From positions 96,001 through 160,000 of the forward strand of contig CAVUWV010000028.1 of the NCBI GenBank assembly GCA_963745075.1: a DNA stretch of 64,000 bases, written 5' to 3'. Position numbers and translations under genes: made by a program. The notes beneath the pieces were generated by a model that saw only the letters and a list, made by a program, of their open reading frames with translations, ran no database searches and had not been told where the DNA came from. Below, piece by piece: positions 27,636 through 37,533 of this stretch (positions are counted from its first letter, which is position 1; the number at the start of each line of letters is the position of its first letter). This DNA comes from Candidatus Hydrogenedentota bacterium (GTDB lineage: Bacteria; Hydrogenedentota; Hydrogenedentia; Hydrogenedentales; SLHB01).

Positions 27636-30234
27636 TTACGCCGCTTCCGACACCTTCGTCTTGAACACCAGCGCGCCTTCCTTCGCTTCCGCAACGACGG
27701 TGCTGCCTTCGGTCACTTTGCCTTGGAGGATTTCCATGGCGAGGGGGTCGAGGATCATCCGTTGGATGGCGCGTTTCAGCGGTCGGGCGCCGTAGTTCGG
27801 ATCGTAGCCGCGTTCGGCGAGCAGGTCGCGGGCGGTGTCAGTCAGTTCGACGGTAATCCGCTTTTCCGCGAGCCGTTTGGCCAGGCGTTTCAACTGGACG
27901 TCGACGATGCCGCGGATGTGTTCCTTCTTGAGCGGGTGGAACACGACGATGTCGTCGATCCGGTTGACGAATTCGGGCCGGAAGGCTTTGCGAAGGGCGC
28001 TCAGCACCTCTTCGACCTTCTCTTCTTCGGTGCCGCTCGCGCGTTGGAACACCTCGCTGCCGAGGTTCGAACGTCATGATGACGACGGTATTTTTGAAGT
28101 CCACCGTGCGGCCCTGGCTGTCCGTAATGCGGCCGTCGTCGAGCAGTTGCAGTAGAACGTTAAACACGTCCGGGTGCGCCTTTTCGATCTCGTCGAACAG
28201 GACAACACTGTAGGGTCGCCTGCGGACGGCTTCGGTCAATTGGCCGCCTTCGTCATAGCCGACGTATCCGGGCGGCGCGCCGATGAGCCGCGACACGGCG
28301 AACTTCTCCATGTATTCGCTCATGTCGATGCGGACCATGGCGTTTTCGTCGTCGAACAGCAGTTCGGCGAGAGTGCGCGCCAGCTCGGTCTTACCGACAC
28401 CGGTCGGCCCGAGGAAAATGAATGAACCGATGGGCCGCTCCGGTTCCTTGAGGCCGGCACGGGCACGGCGCACGGCATCGGACACCACGCGGATGCCCTC
28501 TTCCTGGCCGATGACCCGTTCGCTGAGACGTTCTTCCATCTTGAGCAGGCGTTCCATCTCCCCTTCCATCATCTTGGTGACGGGGATGCCAGTCCAGTTC
28601 GAGACGATGTTCGCGATGTGCTCGTCGGTCACTTCCTCTTTGAGGAAACTGCCGTTCTTCTGGATCTTGGTGAGACGTTGTTCGAGTTCACCGGACTTTT
28701 TCTGCAGTTCGGTGATCGTGCCGTAACGGATTTGGGCGACCTTGTCCAGTTCACCCGCACGTTCGGCGATTTCTTCCTGCCGTTTCGCTTCGTCGATCTC
28801 TTCCTTGACCTTGCGGATGGCGTCGATGGCCTCTTTCTCGTGTTGCCACTGCGCCTTCTTCGCGTTGACTTCTTCGCGAAGGTTGGCCAGTTCGCGTTCG
28901 ATGCCTTCCCGCTGTTCGCGGCCGGCCTTGTCCGTTTCCTTCTTGAGGGCCAAATGTTCGATTTCGAGCTGGCGGATTCGCCGGTCCAGCACGTCGATCT
29001 CGTAGGGCATGCTGTCGATCTCGATGCGCAACCGCGAAGCGGCTTCGTCGACCAAGTCGATAGCCTTGTCTGGCAGGAACCGGTCGGAGATGTAGCGGTC
29101 GCTCAGCGCCGCTGCAGCGATGAGGGCGCTGTCCTGAATGCGCACGCCGTGATGGACTTCGTAACGCTCCTTTAGTCCACGCAGAATCGCGATGGTGTTC
29201 TCGACATCCGGTTCGCTTGCGAATACGGGTTGGAACCGGCGCTCGAGAGCCGCGTCTTTTTCGACGTGCTTGCGGTACTCGTCCAGTGTTGTCGCGCCGA
29301 TGCAGTGCAACTCGCCGCGCGCCAATGCCGGCTTCAGCATGTTGGACGCGTCCATCGCCCCCTCGGCCGAACCCGCGCCAACAAGCGTATGCAACTCGTC
29401 GATGAAAAGGATGACGTCGCCTTCCGCTTCCTCGACGGAACGGAGCACGGCCTTCAGCCGATCCTCGAACTCCCCGCGGAACTTCGATCCCGCGATCAGC
29501 GCGCCGAGGTCCAACTGAGCTACCCGCTTGTTCTTCAACCCCTCCGGCACGTCGCCCGCAACGATGCGCTGGGCGAGCCCTTCGACAATGGCGGTCTTCC
29601 CCACGCCGGGTTCACCGATAAGCACGGGGTTATTCTTCGTGCGGCGGGACAAGACCTGTATGACGCGGCGAATCTCTTCGTCGCGCCCGATGACGGGGTC
29701 CAGTTTACCCGCACGGGCAAGTTGGGTCAGGTCGCGGCTGTATTTTTGCAGGGCTTCGTAGGTGTCTTCCGCATTTGGATCGGTGACCCGCTGGGAACCC
29801 CGCACTTCTTTCAAGGCATGCAGCACAGAGTCCGGGGTCACGCCCGCGTGCTTCAATACCTCCGCCGCCGGGTCACTACGCAGTTCGAGCAGGCCGATCA
29901 GGATATGCTCGGTGCTGAGATACTCGTCCTTAAGCTTCTGGGCGACTTTCCAGCCGGCGTTCAGTACCTGCTGCGCTTGGTTTCCGAGGCCGGGTTGTCC
30001 CCCACTACCGGAAACGTGCGGCAGTCCCTTGATCCGCTCCTGGACCTGGGCGCGCAGGCCTTCCACGTGCACGCCGACCCGCTGCAGGATAGACGATACC
30101 ACGCCGCGCTCCTGCCCGAGCAACGCATCAAGCAAGTGTAACGTGGTGATTTCCGGATTGCCCCGGTCGGATGCGGTATCCATCGCCTCCGACAAGGCTT
30201 CCTGCGCTTTGATAGTCAATTTATCCAATCTCAT
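27636..30234 (-). CDS. clpB: ATP-dependent disaggregase ClpB; apparent +1 frameshift near 28071
   Basis: [23 protein letters not shown], long M-domain coiled coil, GPTGVGKT; removing one base gives IMTSNLGS...[10 protein letters not shown]...YGARPLKR. Confidence 0.95.
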
Positions 30235-30276
30235 TGCTGAGTCCTCCTCTCAAACAGTATAGGTCGGTTTAGGATA

Positions 30277-30293
30277 GGCAAGGGACGTGCCAA
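30277..30293 (-). promoter_or_regulatory. Sigma54 (-24/-12) promoter upstream of clpB
   Basis: Minus strand TTGGCACGTCCCTTGCC matches TGGCACG-N4-TTGC, about 42 bp before the clpB ATG. Confidence 0.7.
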
Positions 30294-30397
30294 GGGAAGG
30301 TCGTTGGCTTACAGGGACTTACACGGACGGACAGGGACGTTGGGGGGCTGGGCTGTTGCATTACGAAGCATCGACGTGCGGGATTGGAACACGTTGA

Positions 30398-31329
30398 CTA
30401 GTCGTACTTTAGGCCGGTGTCGCACAGAATCGTCGCGATTACGGGAGCCGCACCGGTGAGGCCGCTCTTCGCCAGCTTGACGGCCGCGCAGACGTTGGCG
30501 CCGGCGGAGTACCCCACGTGGAGTCCTTCCTTGTGGGCGAGATCCCGGCGGTAGGTGGCCGCCTCCTCGCTGCTCACGGCGAGATAGTGGTCCACCAATT
30601 CGGGCCGCCAGTGCGGGACCTTCATGCCGTAGCCGATGCCCTGCATGTTATGCGCCGGGTTGGTGATCTCTTTCCCGGCAAGGATCTCGGCCCCTTCCGG
30701 TTCCACGGCAGCACAGACTATCTTCGGGTTCTTCAGTTTCAGGAATTGGCTGGTGCCCACAAAGGTCCCGCCCGTGCCCACTGCGGCCACGAAGGCCGTG
30801 ACCGCGCGGCCCAGATCGGCCCAGATCTCCGGTCCTGTGCCGCGCATGTGGGCGACGATTCCGGAAGAATTGTTGAACTGGTCGACATAGAACGCGCGGG
30901 TCTCCAACGCAATGGCCTTGGCCTTTTCCGTGGCCGCTGCGATGTCCTGGCCGGTAACGTGGCCGGGCGTGCCGTCGATTTGCGGGGTCAACACGACCTC
31001 CGCCCCCGAGCGCCGAGAGCATGCGGGCGCGGTTAGGGCTGTTGCCCTCCGACATCACTGCGGTGAACGGGATTGCCATATGCGTTGCAGACTACGGCGA
31101 GGCCCGCGCCCATGTTGCCGCTGGTCATTTCGACGACGGGCTGGCCCTTGACCAGCGCTCCGGATTCGTAGGCGTCTCTGATGATTTGGAGCGCGGCGCG
31201 GTCTTTCACGCTGCCGCCCGGTTGGAGGAACTCCGCCTTCGCGTAGATCTTGCCGGGCCCGGGGTGGATGCGGCGGAGTTCTACAAGTGGCGTGTTGCCG
31301 ATGAGGTCCAGACAGCTCTTCCGGATCAT
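30398..31329 (-). CDS. cysK: Cysteine synthase family PLP enzyme; apparent +1 frameshift in a G5 run near 31005
   Basis: LIGNTPLV, KAEFLQPGGSVKDRAA, EMTSGNMGAGLA, DQFNN, VGTGGT, QGIG, CDTGLKY. Confidence 0.88.
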
Positions 31330-31402
31330 GTGGAGTCCCCTGATTAAGCACGATCCTTGGTACTGTCCACTACGATAACGGATCTGCGTTCGGAACGCGA
31401 CA

Positions 31403-31577
31403 GAAGAACATCCCCCTTGATCCCCCTTCAAAGGGGGAAGTGCGAAGCGCCCTGTCTTGGGTGCAGACGATACTCGGCGAAGTATCTCAAGGTCCATGAT
31501 GGACTTGCCGCACCGCAAAGCGATCGCGAATTTTCCCCCTTTGAAGGGGGCAGACGCGAAGCGTTGAGGGGGATGTT
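31403..31577. repeat. About 175-bp dispersed element, copy 2 (same orientation as 12101-12280)
   Basis: Shared left end, internal TGCCGC(A/G)CCGCAAAGCG and right end. Confidence 0.85.
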
Positions 31578-31622
31578 ATGTCTTCAACGGAGAATCAGGT
31601 CGCGGCCGGGTACGGCTGACGC

Positions 31623-32390
31623 CTAATCCTCGTAGATCATCTTGATGGTCATGCCGCCGTCTACGACGAGGTTCTGGCCGGTGATGAACCCGGCCCTCTT
31701 GGGATCGGCGAGGAACAGGCAGGCTTCGGCGATGTCTTCGGGGCGGCCGACACGCCCGACCGGATGCTGAGCGTGGTCGCGTTCGGAAAGTTGGGCAGGA
31801 TTGCGGGCGGATTCCTTCTTCCAATCGGTCACGTCGATCCAGCCGGGGCTGATGCAATTCACCCGGATGCCTTTGGGACCCAGCGTAACGGCGAGGGAGT
31901 GCGTCAAGGCCACGACGCCGCCCTTGGACGCGGAGTAGGGTTCGGTGTCGGCGTGCGACATGAACGCGCGGGTGGAAGCGATGTTCACGATGGCGCTGCC
32001 CGGCGGCATGTGAGGCGCGGCCTGTTGCGCGCAAAGGTAGGGACCCCGCAAGTTGACCGCGAGCAGATGGTCCCATGCAGCGAGGTCCCGGTCGGCCAGG
32101 GTCCCTTCCCAACCGATGCCCGCGTTGTTGACGAGCACGTCGATAGAATTCCCCGATTGGGTGACCTGTTCGATGAGGCGTTGAATTTGCGCAGGGTCCG
32201 CCACGTCCGTAGGGATGAAGCCGACGTTCAGCCCGCGGTCCCCGAGGATTTCGGCGGTCTCCTCCCCCGCTTCCACGTCGACATCCGCGATACACACACG
32301 CGCCCCCGCATGGGCAAAGGCCAGCGTAATGGCCTTGCCGATCCCCTGCGCACCGCCGGTGACGATGATGGTCTTGTGTTGGAGGCTCAT
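31623..32390 (-). CDS. Classical SDR oxidoreductase
   Basis: TGGAQGIG, LVNNAG, IASTR, YSASK, VNCISPGWID. Confidence 0.93.
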   Translation of the reverse strand: MSLQHKTIIVTGGAQGIGKAITLAFAHAGARVCIADVDVEAGEETAEILGDRGLNVGFIPTDVADPAQIQRLIEQVTQSGNSIDVLVNNAGIGWEGTLADRDLAAWDHLLAVNLRGPYLCAQQAAPHMPPGSAIVNIASTRAFMSHADTEPYSASKGGVVALTHSLAVTLGPKGIRVNCISPGWIDVTDWKKESARNPAQLSERDHAQHPVGRVGRPEDIAEACLFLADPKRAGFITGQNLVVDGGMTIKMIYED

Positions 32391-32414
32391 TTCCCTGCTC
32401 CGCTGCGATTTGGT

Positions 32415-32837
32415 CTACTCGTACCCAAACTTCCATTGGATACGTATTTCCTCACCCGCAGAAACATGTTCCGGGACGTACTCCAGATTCAAATTCCCAC
32501 CGTACCAATCGAATACACACAACTGGCCCGATTCCTCGGGGAGAATGATCTCTATATCGCCGGACTTGGAACGAAGCGTCGCTTTTCCACTGCTATTGCC
32601 GGACACGCGAATGGCGACCACGCACGGGTTGGCTTGCGCGGGTTTCAAAACCAACTCGTATGGCTGTTCCGGATTCGGAATAGTAACGTCACCGTCCCAG
32701 GAACGAAACCAGACATTCACGGGCCCGTAGTTTTTCGTGAGGTAACCAGAACCAAGAAGTATGATGAATGCGATCAAACACGAGAACACGGCCACCCAAC
32801 ACACCACAACGATGGCAGTCTTTTGCCGGAGAAACAT
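32415..32837 (-). CDS. Hypothetical single-TM protein
   Basis: AAAGGAG RBS before ATG 32837; N-terminal TM. Confidence 0.6.
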   Translation of the reverse strand: MFLRQKTAIVVVCWVAVFSCLIAFIILLGSGYLTKNYGPVNVWFRSWDGDVTIPNPEQPYELVLKPAQANPCVVAIRVSGNSSGKATLRSKSGDIEIILPEESGQLCVFDWYGGNLNLEYVPEHVSAGEEIRIQWKFGYE

Positions 32838-32865
32838 GGTACTCCTTTCTTTCGGTAGGCGAAGA

Positions 32866-33315
32866 CTACCCCGTGTGGCCTTCAAGCCATTCTGCGTCTG
32901 CAAGGTCCTTAGTTCGGCCAATGGCTCTTTTGTTGAGAATCAGATGTTGGCGGCTAATGATCGGCGCATTCATATCACCGACAACGGAGGCGTAATGGTC
33001 CGCCCAAGCGTCGGCGAACTCCACGCCATCGATTTCGGTCAATATATCGATCCGGTTCGGCGCAACCCCGATTTGGAAGACAACTCCTGGTGCACAGAAA
33101 TCCTCTTCGTTAATTTGGTCCAAGGGAGCGCCGAAAGAAGCCAAAGCCTTCATGACTTTGCGGGCATTCTCCGGCGAAGGACGTACCCATAGGTCAAGAT
33201 CCCCGGTAGCGCGCGGTAGGCCATGCGCGGCGAGCGCGTACGCCCCGACGACCAGGAACTCAACCTTTTGGCCGATGAATATGGACAATATGTCTCTGAA
33301 ATTCGGATTCAGCAA
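32866..33315 (-). CDS. Nucleotidyltransferase (DUF6036-like)
   Basis: VVGAYALAAHGLPRATGDLDLWV, RIDIL, NKRAIGRTKDLAD; probable TTG start. Confidence 0.85.
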   Translation of the reverse strand: MLNPNFRDILSIFIGQKVEFLVVGAYALAAHGLPRATGDLDLWVRPSPENARKVMKALASFGAPLDQINEEDFCAPGVVFQIGVAPNRIDILTEIDGVEFADAWADHYASVVGDMNAPIISRQHLILNKRAIGRTKDLADAEWLEGHTG

Positions 33316-33464
33316 CGTCCACTCCCATAAAGGCCCACGCATCGACCGCAAGCTGCCACATCATATCGAGGCACTCTTCCGGAGTACGCTGAGCGTCATC
33401 ACCGGCTCGGTGGGCGACTGAGGGTTGACTTGATGACCGTGGTGCGTGAGTTTAAGGCTTCCAT
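33260..33464 (-). pseudogene. Small partner of the nucleotidyltransferase, frameshifted
   Basis: ATG 33464 frame stops early; the shifted frame reads TPEECLDMMWQLAVDAWAFMGVDVAESEFQRHIVHIHRPKG and overlaps the NTase start. Confidence 0.55.
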
Positions 33465-33574
33465 AGGGCTATTGTATCCGTTCGCGCCGGAGACTTCATC
33501 AACGTTGGTGAAAACCATTGTCATACGTCAGCCCAGCTTGGTTTATCGCAACGGCAAGTAATCGCTTCTTTATC

Positions 33575-34060
33575 TCACGAAACTGAACCGACATCCAGTA
33601 GCATACGACGGGAAGCCGTGGAGTACCCCAGGGATTCGTAGAAAGTGATTGCACCCTGGTTGAACTCGTGCACGTTAAGTTCGATTTCGATGATTTCCCG
33701 TTCCCGGGCCCAGTTGTGGACAGCTTTCATGAGCGCCGTTCCAATGCCTTGGCGTTGCATAGATTCGGTGACGAGCAGACTATCCACCATTGCAAATCGG
33801 CGGGCAAACATGGTGGGCTGCTCGGGTCGAATTACAACATGCCACTCTACCAGTCCGATGATTTCGTTTTCATTCTCGGCGACCCAGAGTTGTCGTTCGT
33901 CGGTGTTCAGGTAGGACTCAAAGAATTCGCAGGAACGAGAGGGTGTTGCGGGGCGGAACAGGTCGGGCCGTCCACGACTGTGGAAGGCGTCTCCCTCAGC
34001 GAAGATCTGGCAGACAGCTTCGTAGTTGTCCTGAACCACGGGCCGGAGACGAATGGACAC
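33575..34060 (-). CDS. GNAT acetyltransferase
   Basis: QRQGIGTALM, LNVHEFNQGAITFYESLGY; probable GTG start. Confidence 0.88.
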   Translation of the reverse strand: MSIRLRPVVQDNYEAVCQIFAEGDAFHSRGRPDLFRPATPSRSCEFFESYLNTDERQLWVAENENEIIGLVEWHVVIRPEQPTMFARRFAMVDSLLVTESMQRQGIGTALMKAVHNWAREREIIEIELNVHEFNQGAITFYESLGYSTASRRMLLDVGSVS

Positions 34061-34120
34061 GGCATAGCCCTCATATTTGAAGTCCCTGACCAACGAAACG
34101 TCCGGCTTCTCCCGAAACAC

Positions 34121-34146
34121 GACAGCCGAGGGCGGCTGTCCCACAC
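34121..34146 (-). repeat. Single REP-like hairpin
   Basis: Minus strand GTGTGGGACAGCCGCCCTCGGCTGTC. Confidence 0.55.
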
Positions 34147-34224
34147 CGGTTTCGCCGAAAATGCCGTTCCTCCACGAAAGGCAGGCTCAGCGACACTTTC
34201 AGGGACGTTCAAATATGCATACTC

Positions 34225-35667
34225 TCACGCCCGCAGCGCGACGCTGTTGAGCTGGCAATACGTCCTGAGGTCCTTTCCGTGGTTGCCATAAAAAATGACT
34301 TGGTGCATACCCTGAACGTCGCGGACGTCGTCGACTTCGTTGACCGTCATGCGGAGGTTGGTGCGGCAACCGCCCGTGGGCGGGATCTTGGGGCAATCCA
34401 CGATGGCGCCGGTGTAGACGATCATTCCGGGTGCCTCGCCGTTGACATATTGCGCGAGGGTGACCTCCTGATCCTTGGCAAAGAGCACGCGGGGCACGCA
34501 CCCCCACCCTGCCTCGGCGTGGCTGCGGAGGATGTAGCGCTCTGGCTTCGTGTTCGGGCCATTCATGCACGAGGGGCTGGTGCAATGCGCGCCGAAGTAA
34601 AGGTTGTTGGCGGTGTCCATGGAAGCGTTCTGCTGGAAGCCGGGCCGGTTGTACAGGTACTGCACAAGCAGCAGCGTTACCGTCGCGTTGAGATCGGACT
34701 GGCACCCGGCGGGGACGCCCTCGTCGCGGAGGCTCATGAAGCCCATGCACGGCGGCACGTGTTTGTGCGGCATCTGTAATCCTGGCAGGCAGTTCATCAT
34801 AAGCGCGTCGGCTTTTTCTTCGGCGACCAGTTGACGGAGTGCGTAGTAGCAGCGCGCGGCTTCGAGGATGTCGTCTTCATTGGGTTCGACGATGTCTTTC
34901 GCGTGGGACCGGTAGGACTTGGCCAAGTGCCGGACTTCGGCGGTGGTTTCGGTGCTCGCGTACTGGTCGTAGAAGCGTTGATGCGGAATTCGGCGAATTT
35001 CCGTGCCGAGCTTGGGTACAAAGGTTTGCTGTTCGGAATCACCGTCGATATTGATAATGCAGCTCTGCCGCATCCATGCGGTGGTGCGGAGCATAACCAA
35101 CGCGCGTTCGACCGCGCCGAAGTCACTGGAGTTGATGAGATAAACGCCGGGTCGATCTTCCACTTGGCGAATGTGATCGACGAGCAACACACCGAGCGGC
35201 GCGTAGACGACCACCGGCCGATCGGTTGACTCGATGATCTGCAGGACGCGATTCCAGTGACCCTTTTTGAAGAGAACCAGTAAGAGCCCATCCGGCTTTG
35301 CAGCGGAGACCTGTTCCGCGAACCGGGCGGCGTCGACTTCGGTATCGATATGCCCTGACCCGATTTGGACGGTCATGTTCAGGTCGCGCGCCATGTTCTG
35401 GAACTTGGCCGCGTATTCAACTTGCTGCCCTTCCGCGTCGAAGCTGGAACCGGGCCAGCTATAATACCCCGCATCATCCAACTGCGATGTCGGCGGGTAC
35501 ACGAAAGCGGTCATGACGACGGCGGACTTGTTCCGGGGCATCGTGTCGCCCGGATTGGCCGCCGCCGCGGACGCGGTCATGGCCACGCCCCCTGCCGTTG
35601 CGGCGGATACCTGTAAGAACGTGCGGCGTGAAAGTTCGAAGTTGTCCCCCTGCGAATGCGATTTCAT
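34225..35667 (-). CDS. Tat-exported L-fucose/L-arabinose isomerase-like protein
   Basis: SRRTFLQ Tat signal; PPCMGF...GCQSD, GAHCTSP, RSHAE, GCRT, GMHQVIFYG. Confidence 0.7.
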   Translation of the reverse strand: MKSHSQGDNFELSRRTFLQVSAATAGGVAMTASAAAANPGDTMPRNKSAVVMTAFVYPPTSQLDDAGYYSWPGSSFDAEGQQVEYAAKFQNMARDLNMTVQIGSGHIDTEVDAARFAEQVSAAKPDGLLLVLFKKGHWNRVLQIIESTDRPVVVYAPLGVLLVDHIRQVEDRPGVYLINSSDFGAVERALVMLRTTAWMRQSCIINIDGDSEQQTFVPKLGTEIRRIPHQRFYDQYASTETTAEVRHLAKSYRSHAKDIVEPNEDDILEAARCYYALRQLVAEEKADALMMNCLPGLQMPHKHVPPCMGFMSLRDEGVPAGCQSDLNATVTLLLVQYLYNRPGFQQNASMDTANNLYFGAHCTSPSCMNGPNTKPERYILRSHAEAGWGCVPRVLFAKDQEVTLAQYVNGEAPGMIVYTGAIVDCPKIPPTGGCRTNLRMTVNEVDDVRDVQGMHQVIFYGNHGKDLRTYCQLNSVALRA

Positions 35668-35862
35668 GACGAATTCCCCCATGGTTTCCCCGAAACCTAT
35701 GGTAGACCTGTTGGTGTCGCGTGGCAAGCGGTTTTTCGGTAGAATAGAGATGGCGCCGGATGGAATGCGGGCCTTACGAAGAGCCACGCTGTCCCCGCTT
35801 TCGCGAGGAAGACCAACGTGGGGGTCCCAGTGGGGGAACGGGCGCCAAAGGGGGGCAATGCC

Positions 35863-37386
35863 ATGTGTTGCATGCACTTGAACCGGCGGCAGTTTTTGGG
35901 GGTTTCGACGGGCGCGGTCGTAGGGGCCGCGATTTTTGGTCCGATGACGGGCTTGGCGGCGGCCACACCGCCATGGGCGGAAAATTATTGGGACCCGGCG
36001 CGGCCGTACCAGCGGTGGACACGACCTACGCGGGTCCAGCCGGTGCTGATGTATCGTGTGGCGCAACGCCGGGAGCAAACGTCGTGGAAATCCTGGGGCG
36101 GCGTGCAAACTCATGAGGCTGCTAACGACGAGGCAAACCGGATCACGGGCGAACTCGCGGATGTCGCGAAACGCGCGGACTTTCCCGTAGAAATTCTTCC
36201 GGTCATCAAAGTGACTTCGGAAGAGGAAGCTTCCCGCGCGCAGAATACCGAGGCCGACGTCACCATCCTCTACCCCGCCACCGGTTCCGGGAACATGCTG
36301 CGGGGCTGCATCCGCGAAGGCCGCACCATTGTGTTCGTGCGCCATCGGTCCGGTCCCGCCTACTACTGGTACGAAGCGCTGAGCACGCGATACCTCAAAC
36401 CCACGACGATTACCGGCGAAGACGACCGGCCCCTTTCGGTGAACAACGTCGTCGTGGACGAACCGGACGAGTTGTTATGGCGGTTGCGGGCCCTGCACGC
36501 GGTGGACGGTTTCCGGAGGGCGCGGATCGTGGCGCTGGGCGGCCCTATGGGCAAGTATGCGGGCGAAGCGCCGGATGTGGCGCGGCAACGCTACAGTTTA
36601 GACATCGTGGATTTCAGCTACGAAGACCTGGAACGCCGCATCCAGTCAGCTTTTGCCGACAATGCGCGTATGGCGTTAGCGGAACGTTGGGCGGATGCCT
36701 TCCTCGCGATGCCGGGGACAACCCTGAAAACCGACCGCGGCTTCGTGGTACGCGCGTTTGTACTGTACGGGATCTTCAAAGATGTCATGCGCGAGCATGA
36801 GTCGTCTCTCTTCACGATCCAGCAATGCATGAGCACGATCATGCCCATGTCGCATACGACGGCGTGCCTGACCCTGGGTCTACTGAACGACGAAGGACTG
36901 GTCGCCTTCTGCGAATCCGATTTTGTCGTAATCCCGCCGGGCATCTTGCTCAACTGCATCGCGGGCAAACCGGTGTTCATGCACAACTCGACCTTCCCCC
37001 ACAAAGGCATCGTGACCTGCGCGCACTGCGCGTCACCCCGTCGGATGAACGGCGACCGGTACGAACCGATGCTCGTGACGACGCACTATGAATCCGAATA
37101 TGGCGCCGCGCCCAAGGTGGAGTTCCCCGTGGGTCAGGAAGTCACCTTTATCGATCCCGAATACGCGACCAACCGGTGGGTCGGCATCACAGGAACGGTC
37201 GAGGACAACCCGTTCCTGGAAATCTGCCGTTCGCAACAGGACGTGCGCATTCATGGGGACTGGAAAAAGCTTCTCAACGAGGTGCGCGACTCCCACTGGG
37301 TGATGTGCTACGGAGACTATCTTAAGGAAATCACCTACGCCGCACCGCGCGTCGGGATTGCGCTGGATACGTTGGTGCAAGTGTGA
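35863..37386 (+). CDS. Tat-exported sugar-isomerase-like protein
   Basis: NRRQFLG Tat signal; TACL...AFCESD, CAHCASP, TTHYES, ICRSQ, SHWVMCYGD. Confidence 0.7.
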   Translation: MCCMHLNRRQFLGVSTGAVVGAAIFGPMTGLAAATPPWAENYWDPARPYQRWTRPTRVQPVLMYRVAQRREQTSWKSWGGVQTHEAANDEANRITGELADVAKRADFPVEILPVIKVTSEEEASRAQNTEADVTILYPATGSGNMLRGCIREGRTIVFVRHRSGPAYYWYEALSTRYLKPTTITGEDDRPLSVNNVVVDEPDELLWRLRALHAVDGFRRARIVALGGPMGKYAGEAPDVARQRYSLDIVDFSYEDLERRIQSAFADNARMALAERWADAFLAMPGTTLKTDRGFVVRAFVLYGIFKDVMREHESSLFTIQQCMSTIMPMSHTTACLTLGLLNDEGLVAFCESDFVVIPPGILLNCIAGKPVFMHNSTFPHKGIVTCAHCASPRRMNGDRYEPMLVTTHYESEYGAAPKVEFPVGQEVTFIDPEYATNRWVGITGTVEDNPFLEICRSQQDVRIHGDWKKLLNEVRDSHWVMCYGDYLKEITYAAPRVGIALDTLVQV

Positions 37387-37533
37387 GCCAACGAGAATTC
37401 ATCGGCCGGAACGGACCGATTGGTCGGATCCGTCCGATCTGCGTTTCCCCTGCGCTTGGTCTGCTACGGGGACACTTGGTACCCTTAACAGGATAGATGG
37501 CCCGTGTCACCACAATATCTGAAAGGACTGTCC

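Noticed and set aside
28060..28080. Programmed frameshift in clpB
   Set aside because: No slippery heptamer; it is one of many scattered indels, so error is more likely
32415..34060. Integron cassette array (small co-oriented accessory genes)
   Set aside because: No attC-type RYYYAAC...GTTRRRY structures or integrase found
35668..36345. N-terminal extension of ORF 34225-36345
   Set aside because: Overlaps the divergent gene; the Tat signal marks the start at 35667
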